Shown: positions 20,009 to 31,153 of the stretch, one piece after another | Numbering within the stretch: position 1 is the first letter of the stretch | Layout: every line of letters begins with the position of its first letter | Source: a candidate division FCPU426 bacterium | GTDB taxonomy: Bacteria > Oederibacteriota > Muellerivitia > Muellerivitales > Muellerivitaceae | Length of the DNA stretch: 64,000 nucleotides | Assembly: GCA_963796105.1 (NCBI GenBank) | Contig: CAWCKJ010000008.1 | Span: 32,001-96,000 of the forward strand | Direction of reading: 5' to 3' | Translations under genes and position numbers: made by a program | The notes under the pieces: model-generated | What the model was told of the DNA's origin: nothing | What the model saw: the letters and a program-made list of their open reading frames with translations, nothing else | The model's database searches: none

Positions 20009-22289
20009 TTATTTCACGGGCATGATTAAACTGAACCCGTCTTTCAACGTGTCATCTGCTGAATCCCTTGAAACCCACAGGTCGAACCAACCGGGTTCCA
20101 TCACGTATCTCCCTTTTTCGTTGTAAAAACCGAGATTTTTTCCTGGAAGGTTGAATTCCACCGTTTGGGTTTCGCCGGGATTTAAGTGGATATGCTTGAA
20201 ATCCACAAGTTTCTTGACTGGTTGGGTGATACTGGCGCCACTTGAGTTGTGGATATAGAGCTGAACGATTTCGTCCCCAGCCAATTTGCCATTGTTGGTT
20301 ATGTCGGCTTTCACGATGATCGTTTCTGAGGAAGTGAGGTTATTGGCGCTCAATTTCAACCGTGAATAATCAAACTGTGTGTAACTTAAACCGAACCCAA
20401 AGGGGTAGAGAGGGGTATTGGGGCAGTCGATGTATTTCGACTCCCATTTGTCCTTTCCAACCGCAGGTCTTCCAGTGTTTTTATGGGAATAATAAATAGG
20501 AATTTGACCGAGGTTGCGGGGAAATGTCACTGGTAGTTTGCCGGAAGGGTTGAAATCTCCGAAAAGAACGTCACTTACCGCAAGACCTTGTTGCGTTCCT
20601 AAAAACCAAGTTTCCAAAATGGCGGGGAGGTGTTCTGCCTCCCAGGGGATCGTTAAAGGACGGCCGTTCATTAATACCAACACCACTGGAATTTTTAAGG
20701 CTTGTATGGCCTTGATCATTTCCTCCTGCCGGCCTGGTAGATCCAAGGAGGTGCGGCTGGCGGCTTCCCCGCTCATGGATTGTCTCTCCCCTGCTACGAC
20801 TATCGCCACTTGGGCTTCTTTGGCGGTCCTGACCGCATTGTCAATCAAGGATTGGGGTGCATCCGTGGATTCTGGGTCGACGCCGGGCGAGTATAGGACC
20901 TTGGTTTCTGCGGAAACTTTAGCCTGAATGCCTTTCAGGATCGGAACAACTTTTTCTAAGGCATCTTCCCCACGGCAATGCCAAGACCCGAGTGGATCGA
21001 GGTTGGAAGCGGCCAGGGAGCCGATCACGGCAATTTTTTTTAGATTTTTCGGGAGGGGAAGCAGATTTTTTTCATTTTTTAATAACACGATGGATTGCCG
21101 TGCTTCTTGCAGGGCCAAGGACAAATTCTCAGCAGTCAACATGACTTCGTCCTCCTTTCCTTCGTCGGCATAGGGGTGATCGAACAAACCCAGTTCAAAC
21201 TTGACTCTTAAGATGCGTTTGACCGAATCGTTGATAAGCGAAACTGGAATTTTTTTTTCTTTGATCAGGTTGGCGAGATTCATGCCGTAGACGTTGGAAT
21301 GCATATCCATGTCAACGCCTGCCAATATACCCTTTTGGGCGGCGTCCTTATCATCGTGGGCGTAACCATGATGGACCAATTGTTTGATCGACGCCCAATC
21401 TGAGACCACGAAACCATTAAAGCCCCATTCTCCCTTGAGGATTTCCCTGATGGTATGCCGGTTTCCGGAAGCCGGGACTCCGTTTAAATCGTTAAAGGCG
21501 CTCATCAGGGTTAGGACGCCAGCTTCGACCGCGGCCTGGAAAGGAGGTAAATGGATTTCGCGAAGCGTTACTTCAGACATGTCAGTCGTGTTATATTCGC
21601 GCCCCGCTTCGGCGGCGCCATATCCCACATAATGCTTGGCGCATGCGGCGATGGAATCCAGATCGCTCAAGGATTGTCCTTGGAAACCTCGAACCCTAGC
21701 GGAGGCTAGGGCGGAACCCAAGGCCGGATCCTCGCCGGAACCCTCTGAGATTCGTCCCCAACGGGGTTCCCGGGTCACATCCACCATCGGAGCGAAAGTC
21801 CATTTCACGCCAGCCGCGGCGGCTTCCTTCGCAGCCACATGCGCGCATTTTTGAAGCAAGTTCCGGATTCCAACCGCTGTCTTCCGCCAGTGGAATTGGA
21901 AAAATGGTTTTATAACCGTGAATGACATCCAACCCGAATAGAAGGGGAATATGTAGTCTTGATCCTTCCATGGCGATCTTTTGATATTCGTTTGTATTTT
22001 TAGCTCCGAAAACGTTCAACAAAGAGCCGATCTTGCCTTGCCCCACCTGGGTTTTCATCGCCGCTTCTGTGTCTTTCCATGGGCTGAATTGAACCATTTG
22101 ACCAATTTTTTCGTCTAAATTCATTTTGGCGAGAAGAGATTTCACCTTATTCTCGATCAACGCATTTGCTAAGGGTGATTGCCTTGTAGGGCTTGGGGTA
22201 TTCGAATCACTCTTCGGTTCGCACTTGCCCGGCCCCGCTTTTATTGCCAGCACTAATATGGCCAAGCAAATTCCTGTGATTTTTTTCAT
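20009..22289 (-). pseudogene. bglX: GH3 beta-glucosidase split by a 1-nt frameshift (may be a sequencing error)
   Basis: N-part 22289..~21852 (signal peptide, IPLLFGLDVIHGYKTIFPIPLAE) joins C-part (WTFAPMVDV, ACAKHYVGYG, GFVVSDW) if one base is removed at the T5 run 21848-21852. Confidence 0.85.
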
Positions 22290-22384
22290 GATTATCCTTT
22301 GGGATTGGAATGCTGTGATTCTACCTAAAGTTTAAGAATGCTTTTCAAAAATTTAAGATGACAAGCAAAGCCGGGTTTTTCGCA

Positions 22385-22413
22385 TTGACGGTGCTTTTAG
22401 GCTATGACATACT
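22385..22413 (+). promoter_or_regulatory. Sigma70-type promoter of the sugar ABC operon
   Basis: TTGACG-17 nt-CATACT with TG extension. Confidence 0.55.
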
Positions 22414-22427
22414 GTAAAACGTTTTGG
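22414..22427. promoter_or_regulatory. Putative LacI-family operator
   Basis: Palindrome AAAACGTTTT with central CG directly after the -10 box, between divergent bglX and ABC genes. Confidence 0.45.
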
Positions 22428-22481
22428 GCCTTTTCTAATTCTCGAAAGTGTTTTTTTCATTAAAAATGCTGGGAGGTTCGT

Positions 22482-23774
22482 ATGAAGCGTCTTCGGGTTG
22501 GTCTGGGAGTTTTAGCCTGCCTTATCCTTATCAGCGCTTGGGGACTTTCGGGTTGTGGGACTAAACTCGGCGGGGTACAAATCAAAATTTCCGCCTGGGG
22601 AACCCCGCAAGAAAACAAAATCCTCACGGACCTCATAACGGATTATGAAAAACTCCACTCCGGAGTTCATGTTGATCTTCTCTATATTCCTTTTAACGAG
22701 TATGTCACGAAACTTCTCACCCAGGTGGCGGCAGGTATCGCTCCTGACGTGATTTTTGTGGAAGTCAATAACTTCGTGAATCTTTACTTGGGTGGAGCTC
22801 TGGAGCCTCTGGACCCCTATATCCAAGCCGATCATGTGAACTTGCAAGATTATTACCCTGAGGTTGTAGACCGATTCACCGTCGAAAACCAAACTTATGT
22901 TATTCCTAGGGACACGGCTCCAATATGTGTTGTCTATTACAACAAGAAAGCTTTTGATGAGGCTGGTGTCGCTTATCCGACCGACGAATGGAATTGGGAT
23001 GATTTTGTCGCTATTGGAAAGAAGGTCGAGAAGACCGACGCCACCGGCAAGGTGACCCGATGGGGTTTCGTGGAGGACTGGCCGATGTGGGACGAGTGGG
23101 TCTTGGATGCGGGAGGAAGTTTCGCGGACAGCGTCAAGCACCCCACGAAATGGACTTTTGCGACCGATCCTGACAGCCTCAAGGGAATTCAATTCCGAAC
23201 TGATTTGATGAATAAATACAAGGTTATGCCCCAGCCCTCAAGCCTGTCGGCCATGGGCGGGATGGGAACAGATGATTTATTCATGAACGGAACTGTGGCC
23301 ATGTTTCTTTCTGGCATCTGGAAAACACCCCGTTTCCGCGATATCAAAGATTTCAAATGGGATGTGGTTATGTTCCCCAAGGGCCCCAAAGGCCGGGCCT
23401 TTATGACAGGCGGTTCGGGTTACAGCATCCTGAAAAGTTCCAAGTATAAGAAAGAAGCTTGGGATTTGATCAAGTACATATCGGGCCCGGAAGGAGCGAA
23501 GAAGCTCGCCGCTACTGGTTTAGCGCAACCCGCCATCATGAGCGTAGCTAATTCTCCAATATTCCTCGACGGCAAAGATCCTCAAAACAAGAAAATGCTC
23601 CTGGAAGCCATGAAATACGTTAAATACAATACCATGTGCAAGAACTGGTTTGAGGCTCATGACAGTTTGATTGGACCGGAGTTGGACAAGGTCTGGAGCG
23701 GCACGGAGACGGCCGCGGAGGCCATGGAGAAATTGAAATCACTGCTTGATAAAAATCCGCCCCAATTGCAGTAA
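22482..23774 (+). CDS. Carbohydrate ABC transporter substrate-binding lipoprotein
   Basis: Lipobox LSGC, APDVIF, YYNKKAFDEAGV, WNWDDF; GGAGG RBS. Confidence 0.9.
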   Translation: MKRLRVGLGVLACLILISAWGLSGCGTKLGGVQIKISAWGTPQENKILTDLITDYEKLHSGVHVDLLYIPFNEYVTKLLTQVAAGIAPDVIFVEVNNFVNLYLGGALEPLDPYIQADHVNLQDYYPEVVDRFTVENQTYVIPRDTAPICVVYYNKKAFDEAGVAYPTDEWNWDDFVAIGKKVEKTDATGKVTRWGFVEDWPMWDEWVLDAGGSFADSVKHPTKWTFATDPDSLKGIQFRTDLMNKYKVMPQPSSLSAMGGMGTDDLFMNGTVAMFLSGIWKTPRFRDIKDFKWDVVMFPKGPKGRAFMTGGSGYSILKSSKYKKEAWDLIKYISGPEGAKKLAATGLAQPAIMSVANSPIFLDGKDPQNKKMLLEAMKYVKYNTMCKNWFEAHDSLIGPELDKVWSGTETAAEAMEKLKSLLDKNPPQLQ

Positions 23775-23801
23775 TTATTATAATCCCGGAGGAAACTGAA
23801 A

Positions 23802-24713
23802 ATGACATCGGCTGAACGCAAGGAAGCCATCAGCGCCTTCATATTCATTTCACCTTTTCTTTTTTGGATGGTGTTCCTGATGGGTGGGCCGATTATCGCC
23901 GCCTTTTTCCTTTCGTTCTGCAAGTGGGACATTTTGACAAAAATTCAGTTCGTTGGGTTGGATAATTACAAAGAAATGTTCTTTAACGACGCTCGTTTTT
24001 GGAAGGCCCTCTATAACACGGCATATTTCACCCTTCTTTCAGTGCCGATCGGAATGGTCCTTTCCATCATCGTTGCTCTTTTGATGAACCAGAAGATTAA
24101 GGGTATTGCGGCCTATCGGACCATTTATTACCTTCCGTCCGTTATGGCCACGAGCGTTGCGATGGCGGTATTGTGGAAGTGGATTTTCAACGCCGACTCG
24201 GGCCTTTTGAATTACTCCATCACGGCATTGACTGGACTTCCGATCGCGGACTGCCCTAAGTGGCTGGCGAGCGAGGCGTGGAGCAAGCCCGCCCTGGTCA
24301 TCATGAGTTTTTGGAATGTCGGCGGCGGGATGATCATTTACCTGGCTGGACTCCAGGGAATCCCCAACACCCTTTACGAGGCCGCGGAAATTGACGGGGC
24401 CAACCAATGGCAGCAGTTCTGGACCGTGACGATCCCTGGATTGTCGCCGGTCATTTTCTTCCAGCTTATCATTACTATTGTGGGGTCTTTCCAGATCTTC
24501 AACCAAGTTTATGTCATGACCGACGGGCTGGGCGGGCCAGCTGATTCCACCTTGGTCATGGTTCTCTACATTTATCAAAAAGCCTTTAAATACTACCAAA
24601 TGGGTTACGCGTCGGCATTGGCATGGGTCTTGTTCGTCGTGATCATGCTGGCGACTTGGCTGCAGTTCAAGTATTCCAAATGGGTATACTACGAAGGCGA
24701 ACTCCGCAAATAG
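23802..24713 (+). CDS. Carbohydrate ABC permease (MalF/UgpA-like)
   Basis: FVGLDNY, LAGLQGIP, EAA loop YEAAEIDGA. Confidence 0.92.
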   Translation: MTSAERKEAISAFIFISPFLFWMVFLMGGPIIAAFFLSFCKWDILTKIQFVGLDNYKEMFFNDARFWKALYNTAYFTLLSVPIGMVLSIIVALLMNQKIKGIAAYRTIYYLPSVMATSVAMAVLWKWIFNADSGLLNYSITALTGLPIADCPKWLASEAWSKPALVIMSFWNVGGGMIIYLAGLQGIPNTLYEAAEIDGANQWQQFWTVTIPGLSPVIFFQLIITIVGSFQIFNQVYVMTDGLGGPADSTLVMVLYIYQKAFKYYQMGYASALAWVLFVVIMLATWLQFKYSKWVYYEGELRK

Positions 24714-24723
24714 GAAAGGGAAT

Positions 24724-25659
24724 ATGGGCGAAACTACCATAGCGGTTCAAAAACCTGGCAAGCATTGGGCCAGCAAAAAGAAAAACGAGCGGATCACGAA
24801 AATAGTGGTTTCGATTATCCTGGGCTTGGGAGCCGTGACCATGATCGTTCCCATTTTCTGGATGATTTCGACGTCCTTTAAGAGCCCCACTGAAGTGTTC
24901 GCTATTCCCCCCGTGTGGATTCCCAGCCCCCTCCACTTGGAAAACTATCCCAAGGCCTGGACCATTTCCGGCATGTATTCCTCCGACACATGGAGTTTTT
25001 TGGGGATCCAGATTCAAGGAGTCACCTTCACGACGTATTTGATCAACACCCTGACCATCGCGATTTTAAGCTGTGTGGGTGTGACTTTTTCCTCCTCCAT
25101 GGTGGCTTTTGCGTTCGCGCGGCTTCGTTTTCCAGGACGCAATTTTTTATTCCTGCTTTGCCTGGCGACTTTAATGGTGCCGGGACAGGTCACCATGATT
25201 CCCTCGTTTATTCTTTTTAAAAGCATCGGCTGGTATGACACCTTCTATCCTCTCGTTGTTCCCGCGTTCTTAGGCGGAGGCGCCTGGAATATATTCCTCA
25301 TGCGGCAGTTTTTTATGACGATTCCCTATGAAATGGACGATGCGGCAAAGATCGACGGATGCACAGACATCGGGGTTTGGTGGCGAATCCTGATGCCCCT
25401 TTGCAAACCCGCTTTAACCACGGTCGCGGTATTCTCTTTCGTTTATAACTGGAACGACTTCATGAACCCCCTGATCTTCCTGGATTCCAACAGCAAAAAG
25501 ACCCTGGCCTTGGGATTGACCAATTTCGTCTCATTGTATGGGCAGGATTATCACTTGCTTATGGCGGCATCGCTCATTATCTCGATCCCCATCGCCTTGA
25601 TGTTCCTGGCGGGCCAGAGATACTTCATCCAAGGAATCGCCACGACCGGATTGAAATAA
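24724..25659 (+). CDS. Carbohydrate ABC permease (MalG/UgpE-like)
   Basis: FARLRFPGR, MRQFFMTIP, DDAAKIDGC, WNDF. Confidence 0.92.
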   Translation: MGETTIAVQKPGKHWASKKKNERITKIVVSIILGLGAVTMIVPIFWMISTSFKSPTEVFAIPPVWIPSPLHLENYPKAWTISGMYSSDTWSFLGIQIQGVTFTTYLINTLTIAILSCVGVTFSSSMVAFAFARLRFPGRNFLFLLCLATLMVPGQVTMIPSFILFKSIGWYDTFYPLVVPAFLGGGAWNIFLMRQFFMTIPYEMDDAAKIDGCTDIGVWWRILMPLCKPALTTVAVFSFVYNWNDFMNPLIFLDSNSKKTLALGLTNFVSLYGQDYHLLMAASLIISIPIALMFLAGQRYFIQGIATTGLK

Positions 25660-25681
25660 ATTACCGGCAGGATATGAACCG

Positions 25682-25719
25682 AGCCCTTGTTCCAGCCTTT
25701 GGGACAGGGGCTTTTGTTT
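25682..25719 (+). terminator. Intrinsic terminator after the ABC operon
   Basis: Stem AGCCCTTGTTCCA / TGGGACAGGGGCT followed by TTTGTTT. Confidence 0.65.
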
Positions 25720-25812
25720 AGCAGTACAAGGCGGTGCTGTAAGGTTTCCATTTTTTTAAAAAAGTCGGTAACTTTTTGAGGGCTGGATTTTAATACATGA
25801 AGGAGATTTGGA

Positions 25813-26982
25813 ATGAAGAGCAAGCTTTCCCCATTGGGCAAGGAGAGGTTTTTTTTCACTTCGGAGTCGGTTACGGAGGGACACCCGGATAAGGTCGCGG
25901 ACGCCGTATCGGATGGAATTTTAGACGCTTGCCTCGCTCAAGACCCCTACAGCCGAGTCGCCTGCGAGACACTATTGACTTGTAATTGGGTGGTCGTAGC
26001 CGGGGAAATCACTACCAAGGCCAATGTGAACTGGCCCCAGGTCATACGCGAAACGATCCGGAGGATCGGATATACCGATGCTAAGGCTGGGTTAGACGCT
26101 GACACCGCGGGCGTCTCCGTGGCCATCAACCGTCAATCCCCTGATATCGCCATGGGCGTTGATACGGGCGGAGCCGGGGACCAGGGCATGATGTTCGGTT
26201 TCGCTTGCCGGGAGACCCCCGAGTTGATGCCTTTGCCCATCATGCTGGCCCACCGTCTGGTTGAAAAACTGGCCCAGGTTCGCCGCGCCAAGAAAATCCT
26301 TTACCTCCGGCCGGACGGAAAAAGCCAGGTTTCGGTGGAGTATATCGGAGGCAAGCCGGTGCGTGTGGACGCGGTGGTTGTCTCCACACAGCACGCCCCA
26401 GTGAACCAGGGGAAGTTACGCCAGGATATCATCCGACACGTCATCCGCCCGGTCATTCCTTCAAGGATGATCGACTCGAAAACCAAGATTTTCGTGAATC
26501 CCACCGGCCGTTTTGAGATCGGCGGTCCCTTGGGCGACACGGGCTTGACAGGCCGAAAGATCATCGTGGACACCTACGGCGGTTATGGACGCCATGGCGG
26601 CGGGGCTTTCTCGGGAAAAGATCCCTCCAAGGTCGACCGTTCCGCGGCTTATGCCGCGCGCTGGGTGGCCAAAAATATCGTCGCGGCGGGCTTGGCGGAC
26701 AAGTGCGAGGTGCAGATTTCCTATGCCATCGGGGTCGCGGAGCCCACCAGCGTCCTGGTCGATACCTTTGGGACGGGTCGTTTGCCGGAAGAGCAGATTA
26801 CCCAGCTGGTCCGTCAATGCTTTGACCTGAAGCCCAGGGCCATTATCAAGGCACTCAATTTGCGCCGGCCTATTTACCAGAAGACCTCCGCGTACGGACA
26901 TTTCGGGCGCAAAGACAAGGATTTTACTTGGGAAAGGACCGACAAGGCCGCGGCTCTTCGTAAAGCGGCTAAATTACGTTAA
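25813..26982 (+). CDS. metK: S-adenosylmethionine synthetase
   Basis: [42 protein letters not shown]. Confidence 0.98.
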   Translation: MKSKLSPLGKERFFFTSESVTEGHPDKVADAVSDGILDACLAQDPYSRVACETLLTCNWVVVAGEITTKANVNWPQVIRETIRRIGYTDAKAGLDADTAGVSVAINRQSPDIAMGVDTGGAGDQGMMFGFACRETPELMPLPIMLAHRLVEKLAQVRRAKKILYLRPDGKSQVSVEYIGGKPVRVDAVVVSTQHAPVNQGKLRQDIIRHVIRPVIPSRMIDSKTKIFVNPTGRFEIGGPLGDTGLTGRKIIVDTYGGYGRHGGGAFSGKDPSKVDRSAAYAARWVAKNIVAAGLADKCEVQISYAIGVAEPTSVLVDTFGTGRLPEEQITQLVRQCFDLKPRAIIKALNLRRPIYQKTSAYGHFGRKDKDFTWERTDKAAALRKAAKLR

Positions 26983-27008
26983 TTTTTTTATCGGGAAGAA
27001 AGCTTAAA

Positions 27009-27036
27009 CAAGGGACTGCGTCAACGCGGTCCCTTG
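27009..27036. other. Stable hairpin between metK and ahcY
   Basis: CAAGGGACTGCG-TCAA-CGCGGTCCCTTG; no U-tract on the + strand. Confidence 0.5.
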
Positions 27037-27071
27037 AAATTATAGTAATATCACAAAATAGGGGTGTCTGA

Positions 27072-28328
<1,257 letters not shown>

Positions 28329-28422
28329 TAACATTTCGGCTAAATACCTTTGCGGTCAATTGATTAGGAGTTAAGACAAGATCAAACGGGAGTTTCCGAG
28401 GTTAAGACGTTGAAATTTATTT

Positions 28423-28459
28423 AAAAGGCGTGAAATCTCCGGGTTTCACGCCTTTTTTT
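28423..28459 (+). terminator. Intrinsic terminator after ahcY
   Basis: AAAAGGCGTGAAATC-TCCG-GGTTTCACGCC followed by T7. Confidence 0.8.
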
Positions 28460-28543
28460 ATTTAACATGATAGATTCCTTTTTTTCCAAGTCTAAAAATT
28501 GCCGTATAATTAACCGGCTTTAAAAAATGTTTTGGAGGAAACC

Positions 28544-29551
28544 ATGGCCCGTAAAACCCTGATGCTCCTTTCCTTATTTCTCTTCTGCCTGGCGGGATGC
28601 GCCAAGACCGGCGGAAACGGGATCAAGATCGGACTCTCCCTGGATACCTTGAAAGAGGAGCGCTGGCAGCATGACCGGGATATGTTCGTGGCCAGGGCCA
28701 AGGAATTGGGGGTTGAGGTTCTGGTCCAGGCGGCCAATTCCAACGACGCCCTCCAGAACTCCCAGGCTGAGAATCTTTTAACCCAAGGGGTGAACGTCCT
28801 TGTCGTGGTGCCCCATAACGGAAAGAGCGCCGCCACCATCGTCCAGTCCGCCCACAAGGCCGGGGTGCCGGTCCTGGCCTATGACCGCCTCATCAATGAT
28901 TGTGATTTGGACCTCTACATCTCATTCGACAATGTCCGGGTCGGCGAGCTTCAGGCGGGCTACCTGACCGAGCGTAAACCCAAGGGAAAATACGTCCTCA
29001 TTGGAGGCGCTCCCACCGACAATAACGCCCTGCTTTTCAGGAAGGGTCAAATGAACATCCTGAAGCCCTTCATCGACCGAAAGGACATCCAGGTGGTGGC
29101 GGACCAATGGGCCAGCGATTGGCTTCCCGTGGAGGCCCTGAAGATCATGGAAAACGCCCTCACCCAGAACAACAACCAGGTGGACGCGGTGGTGGTCTCA
29201 AACGACGGCACGGCGGGAGGAGCGGTACAGGCCCTGGCCGAGCAGAATCTGGCGGGGAAAGTATTGGTTTCGGGCCAGGACGCCGACCTGGCGGGATGTC
29301 AGAGGATCGTGAAGGGAACCCAGAGCATGACGGTGTATAAGCCCATCAAGCAATTGGCCACCAAGGCCGCCGAGATCGCGGTGGCCATGGCTAAAAAGCA
29401 ACCCCTAACGGATAAGACCTCCCCCATCAATAACGGCCTCAAGGACGTGCCCAGTATCCTGCTTATGCCTATCCAGGTGGATAAAAGCAATCTGGATTCC
29501 ACTGTCATCGCGGACGGCTACCAGAAAAAAGAGGAAGTTTATAAGCCCTGA
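28544..29551 (+). CDS. xylF: D-xylose-type ABC substrate-binding lipoprotein
   Basis: Lipobox LAGC; EERWQHDRD, AYDRLI, ISFDN, SGQDADLAG, MTVYKPI; ATG 28544 behind GGAGG. Confidence 0.88.
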   Translation: MARKTLMLLSLFLFCLAGCAKTGGNGIKIGLSLDTLKEERWQHDRDMFVARAKELGVEVLVQAANSNDALQNSQAENLLTQGVNVLVVVPHNGKSAATIVQSAHKAGVPVLAYDRLINDCDLDLYISFDNVRVGELQAGYLTERKPKGKYVLIGGAPTDNNALLFRKGQMNILKPFIDRKDIQVVADQWASDWLPVEALKIMENALTQNNNQVDAVVVSNDGTAGGAVQALAEQNLAGKVLVSGQDADLAGCQRIVKGTQSMTVYKPIKQLATKAAEIAVAMAKKQPLTDKTSPINNGLKDVPSILLMPIQVDKSNLDSTVIADGYQKKEEVYKP

Positions 29552-29641
29552 TGGGGAGGGCTTTTTGCAGCCGAGCCAGCGAACAGAAATTCGCTACAAT
29601 GACGATCAACCGGACAATATTAAAAATTTAGGTGATTCAGA

Positions 29642-31153
29642 GTGCCCCTTCTTGAATTGAAAAGCATTACCAAGGATTTTCCGGGCGTCCGGGCTTTGGA
29701 TGGTGTTTCCTTCGACTTGGAACCGGGAGAGGTACACGCCCTTTGCGGGGAAAATGGGGCCGGAAAAAGCACCCTGATCAAGGTCCTCTGCGGGTACCAC
29801 CCTTACGGAAGCTATGGCGGCGAGGTTTTGCTGGAGGGCAAGCCTGTCCGTTTCAAGACGCTCAAGGATTCCGAGGAAAGGGGAATCGCTCTCATCGCCC
29901 AGGAACTGGCCCTGGTCCCGGAGCTGTCGGTGGCCGAGAATCTCACTCTGGGAAGGGAACCGGTGCGGGGTGGTTTCATCGATTGGAGAAGATCCGAGGA
30001 CGAGACCAGGAAGGCACTCGATCGGGTGGGACTCCAGGCGGGGCTCCAGACGCCCGTCCGGGAAATGGGTGTGGGCCAGCAGCAGTCGGTGGAAATCGCC
30101 AAGGCCCTTTCCAAGAACGCCCGGATCCTGGTGCTGGACGAGCCCACTGCCGCTCTTCCCGAGGAGGAAGTCCGCCGGCTTTTCGGGCTTTTGCGCTCCT
30201 TGCGTGACAAAGGCTTCTCCTGCGTTTATATCAGCCACCGGCTGGAAGAAGTGGGGCAAATCGCCGACCGTGTCACGGTTCTGCGGGACGGCAAATCCGT
30301 ATTGACCGAAATTTCCTCCCGCCTCGACCGCGACGCGATCATCGCGGCCATGGTGGGCCGGGAAGTGACAAACCTTTATCCCCGTCCCGAGACAAAGCCT
30401 GGAGAAATCCTTTTGGCGGCCGAGAATTTCAGCGTCGGGGATCCCGCCAATCCCGGCCGGTTCGTGGTGGAAGGCGTTTCTTTCGAGTTGAGGGCAGGTG
30501 AAATTCTCGGCGTGGCAGGCCTCATGGGAGCGGGCCGGACGGCTTTCCTAAGCTCCCTCTTCGGCGCGGCCCGGGGCAAGACCAGCGGAACCATCAAGGC
30601 CGGCGGGGTATCCTTGGCCCCTTTTAACTCCCCCGGGGAGGCGATTCAAGCCGGCCTGGCCCTCGTCAGCGAGGACCGCAAGAGATACGGCCTGGTTTTG
30701 GAATCCACCGTGGGCGAGAATCTGGTCCTTGCTTCCATGAGAAAACTGACCCGTCACGGCTTCCTGGACTCTCCTGCCTTGGAAAGCGAGTCGGAAGGCC
30801 AAGCCAGGTCCCTGCGCATCAAGGCCCCGTCCTTATCCGTCTGGGTGAACAAACTCTCGGGCGGAAACCAGCAGAAGGTGGTTTTGGGAAAATGGCTCAT
30901 GACGAACCCAAAAGTATTACTGCTGGATGAGCCGACCAGGGGAATTGACGTGGGAGCCAAGGCTGAGGTTTACGAGTTGATGGGACAGCTCGCGGCCAAG
31001 GGGATGGGAATCATCCTGGTCTCCTCCGACTTGCCGGAGCTTTTGGGTTTGAGCCATCGGGTGATGGTGCTCAGCCGAGGTAAGGTGACGGCGAATTTCG
31101 CCGGAACCGAGGCCCTGCCGGACAAGGTCATGGCGGCGGCGGTGGCGAATTGA
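29642..31153 (+). CDS. xylG: Sugar ABC ATPase, two-domain (XylG/RbsA-like)
   Basis: GENGAGKST, LDEPTA, EDRKRYGL, LSGGNQQKV, DEPTRGIDVGAK. Confidence 0.88.
   Translation: MPLLELKSITKDFPGVRALDGVSFDLEPGEVHALCGENGAGKSTLIKVLCGYHPYGSYGGEVLLEGKPVRFKTLKDSEERGIALIAQELALVPELSVAENLTLGREPVRGGFIDWRRSEDETRKALDRVGLQAGLQTPVREMGVGQQQSVEIAKALSKNARILVLDEPTAALPEEEVRRLFGLLRSLRDKGFSCVYISHRLEEVGQIADRVTVLRDGKSVLTEISSRLDRDAIIAAMVGREVTNLYPRPETKPGEILLAAENFSVGDPANPGRFVVEGVSFELRAGEILGVAGLMGAGRTAFLSSLFGAARGKTSGTIKAGGVSLAPFNSPGEAIQAGLALVSEDRKRYGLVLESTVGENLVLASMRKLTRHGFLDSPALESESEGQARSLRIKAPSLSVWVNKLSGGNQQKVVLGKWLMTNPKVLLLDEPTRGIDVGAKAEVYELMGQLAAKGMGIILVSSDLPELLGLSHRVMVLSRGKVTANFAGTEALPDKVMAAAVAN

Noticed and set aside
25660..27071. 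SAM or SAH riboswitch upstream of metK or ahcY
   Set aside because: Only simple hairpins seen; conserved aptamer motifs not recognised. An Rfam scan would be decisive.
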